NCBI GenBank assembly: GCA_963705625.1
Contig: CAVPKG010000004.1
Coordinates: 613,018-677,017, forward strand
Source of the DNA: an uncultured Actinomycetes bacterium
Lineage (GTDB): Bacteria; Actinomycetota; Acidimicrobiia; IMCC26256; DASPTH01
DNA: 64,000 nt
Reading direction: 5' to 3'
Numbering within the stretch: the first letter of the stretch is position 1; each line of letters starts with the position of its first letter. The notes under the pieces were generated by a model. It had not been told where the DNA came from. It did not search any database and saw only the letters and a program-made list of their open reading frames with translations. This document shows positions 57,340 to 64,000 of the stretch, piece after piece. A program made the position numbers and the translations under genes.

Positions 57340-58430
57340 TGCCGATGACCGCCGTCGTCAAGATCGGCACGTCGTCGATTACCTCGGACACCGGTGAGCT
57401 CGATGATCCCGCGCTGCTGAAGCTTTGTCGCGAGGTCGCCACCGCGCGTGGCCGCGGTCACGAGGTCGTGCTCGTCTGCTCGGGCGCGATCGCGGCGGGG
57501 CTTCCGGCGCTCGGTTTCCGGACGCGTCCGGCCGACATCGGCCTGCTGCAGGCAATCGCCGCCGTCGGACAACCGCGCCTGATGGAGCGCATCGGCGCGA
57601 TCTTCGGGCAGCACGATCTACTCGCCGGGCAGGTGCTGCTCACTCCGCACGACTTCGGCGTGCGATCGCAGTATCTCCATCGCGCGAGACGCTACGACGG
57701 CTGCTCGACCTCGGTGTCGTTCCGATCGTCAACGAGAACGACACCGTCGCCGACGACGAGATCCGCTACGGCGACAACGACCGGCTCGCCGCGCTCGGTG
57801 TCCCATCTCGTGCAGGCCGACGTGCTCGTGTTGCTCACCGACACGCCGGGGCTCTTCACCGCCGACCCGCGTCTGGACGAAGGCGCGTCGCTGATCGAGG
57901 AGATCGTCGAGGTCGACGCGGCGCTGGAGGCGGTTGCCGGCGGGACGGGCACCGCGCGCGGGAGCGGTGGGATGGCGAGCAAGCTCGCCGCGGCCAAGAT
58001 CGCCGCGTGGTCCGGTGTGCGCGCCGTGATCGCAGGAGCCGACGTGCCCGACGTCGTCGTCGACGCGATCGAAGGCCGCGCGGTCGGCACGGCCGTCCGC
58101 CCGAAGCCGGAGCGACTCGCGAGCCGCAAGTTGTGGATCGCGTTCGCGCGCGACGCGGCCGGGCGCATCGTCGTGGACGACGGCGCGCGGCGCGCCCTGT
58201 GCGCGGACAACCGGTCGCTCCTGCCCGCCGGCGTCCGCGAGGTGGAGGGCGCGTTCGATGCCGACGACGCGGTCGAGATCGTGGGTGCCGACGGCACGCC
58301 GTTCGCGAAGGGCCTCGTGCGGTACTCGGCGGCGTCGCTGCGGGCGGTCGCCGGACGCCGAACCGGCGAGCTGCACGAGGGACTTCCACACGAGGTCGTG
58401 CACCGTGACGACCTCGTCGTTCTGCCCTGA
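57339..58430 (+). CDS. proB: Glutamate 5-kinase; the ORF is open end to end but about 39 internal codons are out of frame
   Basis: [10 protein letters not shown] and [10 protein letters not shown]. Between about 57680 and 57797 the conserved [38 protein letters not shown] is readable only in the frame of ORF 57425..58408. The C-terminal PUA domain is in frame. Confidence 0.85.
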   Translation: MPMTAVVKIGTSSITSDTGELDDPALLKLCREVATARGRGHEVVLVCSGAIAAGLPALGFRTRPADIGLLQAIAAVGQPRLMERIGAIFGQHDLLAGQVLLTPHDFGVRSQYLHRARRYDGCSTSVSFRSSTRTTPSPTTRSATATTTGSPRSVSHLVQADVLVLLTDTPGLFTADPRLDEGASLIEEIVEVDAALEAVAGGTGTARGSGGMASKLAAAKIAAWSGVRAVIAGADVPDVVVDAIEGRAVGTAVRPKPERLASRKLWIAFARDAAGRIVVDDGARRALCADNRSLLPAGVREVEGAFDADDAVEIVGADGTPFAKGLVRYSAASLRAVAGRRTGELHEGLPHEVVHRDDLVVLP

Positions 58431-58865
58431 TCGCGGCATCGCGCCGCCGTGGCAACCTTCTTCTCCGCTCTCGTCGCTTCGTTCGGGGCCGCTCCGTGGC
58501 TCTCGCCACGAGGAGGGGCTCAGCCGCCACCGAGCGTGCGCGCGGTTCGGCTCGCGAGCGGAAACGTGCGGGGGCGCTCTTCGCGCGCGGCGGCGGTGTC
58601 CGTCACACTCACCCCCGTAACTCGTCGCCGACCGACGGGGGGAGAGTCCTCGGGCGAGGGCTTCGACGGCCGGCGAGGAGCGGGAGAAGGTGAGACCGGG
58701 TCGCCTCCGGCCGCTGCGCCATTCGGCAGCGCGGCTCGGGTGGGCGGCGCGGTCTCGCCCCTCCCGAAGGTTGCGGGAGCGCACTCGGCTGCGAGGGTGG
58801 AGATCGGCCAGAGCGCCCTCATTCCGGGAACGGCGCGAAATACCCCCCGGGTACACTTGCCTGCG

Positions 58866-60116
58866 ATGTCCGTGCCCGCCGTGTCGGAGTTGGGGCGGCG
58901 AGCCAAGACCGCGGCGACGCGCCTTGCTCGCGCGTCCACGGCCGAGAAGAACGCGGCCCTCACCGCCGCGGCCGATCTGCTCGTTGATCGCGCCGGCGAG
59001 ATCCTCGCGGTCAACGCTGCCGATCTCGATGACGCGGCCGCGGCCGGGATGGAGTCCGGACCGCTCGATCGGCTTCGCCTCACCAACGCCCGCCTGGCCG
59101 GGATGGCCGAGGGCCTCCGGGGCGTCGCGCTGCTCCCCGATCCGGTCGGCGAGGTGCTCGACGGATGGCAACGCCCGAACGGGCTGCAGATCGAGCGGGT
59201 TCGCGTGCCGCTCGGTGTGGTCGCGATCATCTACGAGAACCGGCCGAACGTCACGAGCGACGCGGCCGGCATCTGCCTGAAGTCGGGTAATGCAGCGCTC
59301 CTCCGCGGCTCCGCGACCGCCTTGCGGTCGAACGTCGCGATCGTCGAGGTGCTGCGCGACGCGGCCACCAAGGCAGGGCTCCCGGCCGATTGCGTCGTCC
59401 TCGTCGACGACGTGCGTCACGAGACCGCCGTCGACTTGATGCAACTCGACACGGTGGACTGCCTCATCCCGCGTGGGGGCCACGCGCTCATCGAGAGCAT
59501 CCGCGAGCACGCGACGGTCCCCGTGATCATCGACGGTGACGGCAACTGCCAGATCTATGTGGATGCGTCGGCCGACCTCGATCGCGCGCTCGACATCGTC
59601 GTGAACGCGAAGACGAGCCGGCCGAGCGTGTGCAACGCCGCGGAGTCGCTGATCGTCCACGAGTCCGCGGCCGATGCGTTCTTGCCCCGCGTGTGCGAGG
59701 CGCTCGCGGAACACAACGTCGAGCTCGTCGGCGACGCGGGTGCGCGCCGTCGCTGGCCGGCGATGGGCGAAGCCGCCGACGACGACTACGCGCGCGAGTT
59801 CCTCGCGCTGAAGCTCGCCGTCGCGGTCGTGCCGTCGCTCGACGCGGCCATCGACCACGTGAATCGATTCGGCTCCGGCCACACGGAGGCGATCCTCACG
59901 CGTGACCTCGGCGCGGCGCGGCGGTTCACGAACGAGGTCGACGCGGGAACCGTGATCGTGAACGCGTCCACTCGCTTCGCCGACGGCGCGGAGTTCGGTT
60001 TCGGAGCCGAGATCGGGATCTCCACCCAGAAGCTGCACGCGCGCGGTCCCATGGCGCTCCGCGAGCTCACCACCTACAAGTACGTCGTTTGGGGCGACGG
60101 CCAGATCAGGAACTAG
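58866..60116 (+). CDS. proA: Gamma-glutamyl-phosphate reductase
   Basis: [17 protein letters not shown]..., IYENRPNVT, catalytic Cys in [11 protein letters not shown], and [11 protein letters not shown]. The ORF-track start at 58449 adds 139 junk-like residues. Confidence 0.9.
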   Translation: MSVPAVSELGRRAKTAATRLARASTAEKNAALTAAADLLVDRAGEILAVNAADLDDAAAAGMESGPLDRLRLTNARLAGMAEGLRGVALLPDPVGEVLDGWQRPNGLQIERVRVPLGVVAIIYENRPNVTSDAAGICLKSGNAALLRGSATALRSNVAIVEVLRDAATKAGLPADCVVLVDDVRHETAVDLMQLDTVDCLIPRGGHALIESIREHATVPVIIDGDGNCQIYVDASADLDRALDIVVNAKTSRPSVCNAAESLIVHESAADAFLPRVCEALAEHNVELVGDAGARRRWPAMGEAADDDYAREFLALKLAVAVVPSLDAAIDHVNRFGSGHTEAILTRDLGAARRFTNEVDAGTVIVNASTRFADGAEFGFGAEIGISTQKLHARGPMALRELTTYKYVVWGDGQIRN

Positions 60117-60189
60117 AACCTTCACGCGAACGAGCGTTTACGAGCCGGGTACCCCGTCTCGTAGGGAGCGAGCAGTAGAGCAGGAGAAG

Positions 60190-61074
60190 ATGGCAGAGCG
60201 CTTCGAGAGTGTCGATGACGTGATCACGCGGCTGCGCGGCGCCGACTACCTGTCCGACGCGGGTATCGCCGGCGTGGTGTTCCTGGCCGACCGCCTCGAG
60301 AAGCCGGTGCTCGTCGAGGGGCCCGCAGGCGTCGGCAAGACCGAGTTGGCGAAGGCGATCGCCACGGTCACCAACGCTCGGCTCATCCGGCTCCAGTGCT
60401 ACGAGGGGCTCGACGAGGCGAAGGCGCTCTACGAGTGGAACTACAAGAAGCAGCTCCTGAGGATCCAGGTCGATCGCGAGCACGAGACAGACTGGTCCGA
60501 GGTGGAGTCCGACATCTTCAGCGAGCCGTTCCTCCTCACGCGTCCGCTGCTCGAAGCAATCCGCTCGACGGAGCCCGTCGTGCTCCTCATCGACGAGGTG
60601 GACCGGGTCGAGATCGAGACCGAGGCACTTCTCCTCGAGGTGCTGTCCGACTTCCAGGTGTCGATCCCCGAGCTGGGAACCATCGTGGGCGCACAGCAGC
60701 GACCGATCGTGATCCTCACGTCGAACAACACACGCGAGCTGTCGGAGGCGTTGAAGCGACGCTGCCTCTATCTGCACATCGACTACCCGAGCCTCGAGCG
60801 CGAGAAGGACATCGTCCGTGTACGCGTGCCCGAGATCGACGAGGCGCTCGCCGACCAGATCGCGCGCGTCGTGCGGTCCATCCGCTCGCTCGAGCTCAAG
60901 AAGGCCCCGTCGATCTCGGAGACGATCGACTGGGCGCGCACGCTGCTCTACCTCGGCAAGCCGCAGATCGATCCCGAGGTGATCGGCGAGACGCTGCACG
61001 TGCTGCTCAAGTACCAGTCCGACATCGCCAAGGCGCGCAAGGAGCTCGAGGTCCCCGAGTCCGAGGCCGTCTGA
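60190..61074 (+). CDS. MoxR-like AAA+ ATPase (CoxD-like subgroup)
   Basis: Intact 294 aa. Walker A is EGPAGVGKTELAKA and Walker B is VVLLIDEVD. The sensor region is ILTSNNTRELSEALKRRC. Confidence 0.85.
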   Translation: MAERFESVDDVITRLRGADYLSDAGIAGVVFLADRLEKPVLVEGPAGVGKTELAKAIATVTNARLIRLQCYEGLDEAKALYEWNYKKQLLRIQVDREHETDWSEVESDIFSEPFLLTRPLLEAIRSTEPVVLLIDEVDRVEIETEALLLEVLSDFQVSIPELGTIVGAQQRPIVILTSNNTRELSEALKRRCLYLHIDYPSLEREKDIVRVRVPEIDEALADQIARVVRSIRSLELKKAPSISETIDWARTLLYLGKPQIDPEVIGETLHVLLKYQSDIAKARKELEVPESEAV

Positions 61075-61079
61075 CGCCG

Positions 61080-62537
61080 ATGCCGGCAACCGCTGCTCCC
61101 ACGCTCCTCGACGTGCTCCAGGGGTTCGTCCACGAGCTCCGCGCCGCCGGGCTCCCGGTCTCGATGACCGAGAACCTCGACGCGATGCGCGCGATCGAGC
61201 ACGTCCACATCGACGATCGCGAGCTCTTCAAGGGTGTGCTCAGCGCGACGCTGGTCAAGCACCATCGCCACCAGAAGGCGTTCGACACGGTCTTCGACGT
61301 CTACTTCTCGCTGTTCAGCCACGGCATTCCCGGTGAGGAAGGGGAGGGCGCCGAGGGTGGCGGCGAGGAGATCGACATGGCGGGCGAGGGACAGATGGGC
61401 GTGGGCGACGGCTCTGGTTCGCCGGTCTCCCGTGAGGAGCTCGCGGCGATGCTCCTCGCCGCGCTGATGAACATGGATCGTGACGAGCTGCGCCGCCTGG
61501 CCGCGATCGCGGTGCAGCAATTCGCGGGCATGGAACCAGGGCGTCCCGTCGGCGGCACCTATTACCTCTACCGCACTCTTCGCATGCTCGATCTCGACGA
61601 CCTCGCGATGAAGCTCATGGGGATGTCGCGCGACCAAGGCGAGGTGGGCGAGGGGCACCTTGCCGAGCGTCTCGCGCGCGAAGAGGTCGACTCGCGGTTG
61701 AAGGAGTTGCGCGAGCTGGTCGAGGAAGCGATCCGGCGTCTACTCGTCGCCGACCGCGGTGTGGAGGCGATGGCCCGCACACTGCGCAAGCCGCTGCCCG
61801 AGGACATCGAGTTCATGCACGCCTCACGCGACGAGATGCTGGCGCTGCAGCACGCGGTGTATCCGCTCACGCGCGCGCTGGCGGCGCGGCTCGCGCAGCG
61901 CCGCCGCCGCCGGAATCGCGGGCACCTCGACTTCCGCAAGACGGTACGGGCGTCGCTCTCGTACGGGGGCGTCCCGGCCGAGCCGAAGTTCCGGAACCCG
62001 CACCCGTCGAAGCCCGAGGTCATGGTGGTCGCCGACATCTCGGGCTCGGTGGCGAGTTTCGCCCGCTTCACGCTGATGTTCGTGTACGCCATGGCGAGCC
62101 AGTTCTCCAAGGTCCGGTCGTGGGTGTTCATCGACGGCATCGACGAGGTCACCCGCTACTTCCACGAGTCCGACGACGTGTTGGAGGCCGTGCACCGGGT
62201 GAATACCGAAGCCGACGTGGTGTGGGTCGACGGCCATTCCGACTACGGCCACGCTTTCGAGGTGTTTCACCAGCGGCACTACGCGGAGATCACGCCGAAG
62301 ACGTCGATCATCCTGCTGGGGGACGCGCGCAACAACTATCACGCGTCGCAGACCTGGGTCGTGGACGAGCTGCGCAAGCGCGGGCGTCACGTGTACTGGC
62401 TCGACCCGGAGCCGCGGAGCTACTGGGACACCGGCGACTCGATCGTGTCGGAGTACGGCCGCTACTGCGACGGCGTCTTCGAGTGCCGCAACCTTCGCCA
62501 GCTCCAGAAGTTCGTGGAGACCGTCGCCGAAGGCTGA
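61080..62537 (+). CDS. VWA-domain protein (CoxE-like)
   Basis: 485 aa from MPATAAPTLLDVLQ, the distal part of ORF 60396..62537. The MIDAS motif is VVADISGSV. The CoxE-like C-terminus has ILLGDARNNY and WLDPEP. Confidence 0.8.
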   Translation: MPATAAPTLLDVLQGFVHELRAAGLPVSMTENLDAMRAIEHVHIDDRELFKGVLSATLVKHHRHQKAFDTVFDVYFSLFSHGIPGEEGEGAEGGGEEIDMAGEGQMGVGDGSGSPVSREELAAMLLAALMNMDRDELRRLAAIAVQQFAGMEPGRPVGGTYYLYRTLRMLDLDDLAMKLMGMSRDQGEVGEGHLAERLAREEVDSRLKELRELVEEAIRRLLVADRGVEAMARTLRKPLPEDIEFMHASRDEMLALQHAVYPLTRALAARLAQRRRRRNRGHLDFRKTVRASLSYGGVPAEPKFRNPHPSKPEVMVVADISGSVASFARFTLMFVYAMASQFSKVRSWVFIDGIDEVTRYFHESDDVLEAVHRVNTEADVVWVDGHSDYGHAFEVFHQRHYAEITPKTSIILLGDARNNYHASQTWVVDELRKRGRHVYWLDPEPRSYWDTGDSIVSEYGRYCDGVFECRNLRQLQKFVETVAEG

Positions 62538-62563
62538 CCCCGAGCACGAACCGGCGCCACCAG

Positions 62564-63208
62564 CTATCCCTCGAGCATCGTCCAGGCTCGGTCGGCGATG
62601 CCCGCAAGCGCGAGGAGCTGCGCGCGCTCACGCCGACGGAATGGATGGCCGTCGCGTCCCACGAGCAGGGTGACTCCGTGGTTGGAGAGCGTTGCCACTG
62701 CGAGGTCGTCGGGACCGGTCGTGCCGCCCGCGACGAGGGGCGATGCAGCCGTGCCGCTGTCGAGCGCCTCGAGCACGCACGGATCGGGCGTCTGGTCGCC
62801 GCTCGACGCGAGCACGGTTCCGATCGTGAGGAGCGCACTCCAGTCGGCGAGGAACTCGGCGCGAATCTCTTCGACGAGCGTCTCGTGCAACGCGGAGACG
62901 GTCGGCGCCGAGCAGAGCCGAGCGGCCGACTCGAGCGCGTCGAGCCGCGGATCCGGGAAGTGCTCGACCTCGCGGACCTCCTCGACGCTGACTCCGTCGA
63001 CCTCTTCGATCTCGCGGACGAGGATCGGGATCGCGGCCGGATCGCGCAGTTCGACGGCGAACTCGTCGACGGCGACGCCGTCTCCCTGTTCGAGCACATC
63101 GATACCGACGATGTCGCCGTCGACCGATCCGATCCGCGATGCGACGAGTCCGAGCGCGCCGGGCCGGTCGGGGAGCCAGACCCTCACGAGGACGTGGAGT
63201 GTGGGCAC
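62564..63208 (-). CDS. ACT-domain protein with an uncharacterised C-terminal domain
   Basis: 214 aa from GTG 63208: VPTLHVLVRVWLPDRPGALGLVASRIG (ACT beta-alpha-beta). The rest of ORF 62564..63982 is antisense to nadD and is not credible. Confidence 0.6.
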   Translation of the reverse strand: MPTLHVLVRVWLPDRPGALGLVASRIGSVDGDIVGIDVLEQGDGVAVDEFAVELRDPAAIPILVREIEEVDGVSVEEVREVEHFPDPRLDALESAARLCSAPTVSALHETLVEEIRAEFLADWSALLTIGTVLASSGDQTPDPCVLEALDSGTAASPLVAGGTTGPDDLAVATLSNHGVTLLVGRDGHPFRRRERAQLLALAGIADRAWTMLEG

Positions 63209-63283
63209 CTCACGATGGTACGGCCCGAGATGACGCGAGTGTTTCGGACCGGTGAAGAGACGGCACACCCGTACACTCCCCGT

Positions 63284-63862
63284 GTGGAACGGCTCGGAGT
63301 GTTCGGCGGTACGTTCGATCCCGTGCACGTCGCGCACATCGTCGTCGCCACCGAAACACGCGCCGCGCTCGGTCTCGACCGTGTTCTGCTCGTCGTCGCG
63401 GGCGATCCGTGGCAGAAGCGCGGCAAGGTCGTCGCCTCCGGGCGCGATCGCCTGATGCTCGTCGAGGCGGCCGTCGACGGCGTCAACGGTGTCGAGGCCT
63501 CGGCGATCGAGGTGGAGCGGGAGGCTGCATCGGTCACCGCCGACACGCTCGAGGCGCTCACGGGCCCGCACCGCGAACTGTTCCTCATCCTCGGCGCGGA
63601 TGCGGTTGCCAACATGTCGACATGGCGGCGCCTCGACGACACGCGCAAGCTTGCGACGATCGTGGTCGTCGAACGCCTGGGCGACACGTACGCCGAGCCA
63701 CCCGGATCGGGATGGAAGGTCGAGCGCGTCGCGATCCCGCGGCTCGACGTGTCGTCGACCGATCTCCGCGATCGATTGGCGAGCGGGCGGCCGGTCGACG
63801 GCCTGATCCCGCCTGCCGTCGTTCATGCCATCGACGCGCACGGGCTCTACACTGCCGGGTGA
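63284..63862 (+). CDS. nadD: Nicotinate-nucleotide adenylyltransferase
   Basis: VERLGVFGGTFDPVHVAHI (the HxGH-type motif). An alternative ATG start is at 63230. Confidence 0.85.
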   Translation: MERLGVFGGTFDPVHVAHIVVATETRAALGLDRVLLVVAGDPWQKRGKVVASGRDRLMLVEAAVDGVNGVEASAIEVEREAASVTADTLEALTGPHRELFLILGADAVANMSTWRRLDDTRKLATIVVVERLGDTYAEPPGSGWKVERVAIPRLDVSSTDLRDRLASGRPVDGLIPPAVVHAIDAHGLYTAG

Positions 63863-63908
63863 TGACGACCCGGATACCCGCCGCGTCTCCGTTCGGGCAC
63901 GGAGCCGG

Positions 63909-64000
63909 TTGACCGCGCAGGCTCCGGACGCGTCCAGGCGAGCGGCGATCGCCGCTCGGGCCGCCTCCGACAAGAAGGGCACGGAGATCGTCGTGCTCGA
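63909..64000 (+). CDS. rsfS: Ribosome silencing factor RsfS (5' fragment, runs off the window end)
   Basis: My own translation from TTG 63909 (GGAG lies 5 nt upstream) gives ...AAIAARAASDKKGTEIVVLD, matching the conserved N-terminal pattern. Its position after nadD is conserved. Confidence 0.6.
   Translation, partial: MTAQAPDASRRAAIAARAASDKKGTEIVVL

Noticed and set aside
58600-58800. A possible c-di-AMP (ydaO-type) riboswitch in the proB-proA spacer, suggested by ACGGGGGGA, GGTGAGACC and CCCGAA strings.
   Set aside because: The conserved CAGCUAAC-containing 3' half and the pseudo-symmetric helices could not be found. The resemblance is limited to short G-rich strings that are common in this genome.
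58449-58865. A 139-codon N-terminal extension of proA, as given by the ORF track.
   Set aside because: ProA homology starts at [14 protein letters not shown] (58866). The extension is low-complexity, has weaker third-position G/C bias and has no start-proximal ribosome-binding signal.
60190-62537. The MoxR-VWA pair as an anti-phage ternary conflict system.
   Set aside because: No third effector or sensor component, no nearby defence genes and a housekeeping context. The VWA protein looks CoxE-like. It is kept only as an open question in the findings.
62564-63982. A 472-aa minus-strand ORF covering nadD.
   Set aside because: Only the last 214 aa (from GTG 63208) look like a real ACT-domain protein. 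The upstream part is antisense to the clearly recognisable nadD.

Overview
This is a very GC-rich bacterial chromosome segment. No rRNA, tRNA, CRISPR array, transposase, integrase or phage genes were seen.

The right half (about 36-64 kb) has a core gene order I recognise from Actinobacteria such as Streptomyces: tig-clpP-clpX-valS-folC-ndk-mreB-mreC-mreD-mrdA-rodA, then radical-SAM/DUF2344-rne-rplU-rpmA-obg-proB-proA, then nadD-rsfS. A MoxR/VWA/ACT trio sits between proA and nadD.

The left half (1-35.9 kb) looks accessory. It holds:
- two paralogous NRPS-like adenylation loci
- an amidohydrolase / acetoacetate-decarboxylase-like cluster with an orphan solute-binding protein
- an adenylate-cyclase/STAND regulator
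- a 10-TM FtsX permease without its ATPase
- a GT-C glycosyltransferase
- beta-oxidation-type enzymes
- a translationally coupled cupredoxin / hybrid histidine kinase / REC-GGDEF operon
- a subtilisin with a 23-proline linker
- a thiolase/DUF35 operon and F420-type oxidoreductases

The dominant anomaly is sequence integrity. Roughly half the genes, including single-copy essential ones (valS, clpX, clpP, mreB, mrdA, rodA, rne, obg, folC), can only be rebuilt by joining 2 to about 10 ORF-track fragments across single-base frame changes. There are also two in-frame TAG codons at conserved Tyr positions and a damaged HIGH motif in valS. Several multi-kb blocks (2281-7108, 58866-63862) are perfectly intact.

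I annotate disrupted loci as pseudogene-type features spanning the whole reconstructed gene. I think consensus error is more likely than real gene decay.

I found no convincing novel multi-gene system. The best candidates for follow-up are the cupredoxin-kinase-GGDEF operon, the duplicated minimal A-PCP-TE loci, the MoxR/VWA/ACT insertion and the unexplained 435-bp proB-proA spacer.

All calls rest on my reading of motifs in the translations. No database search was possible.
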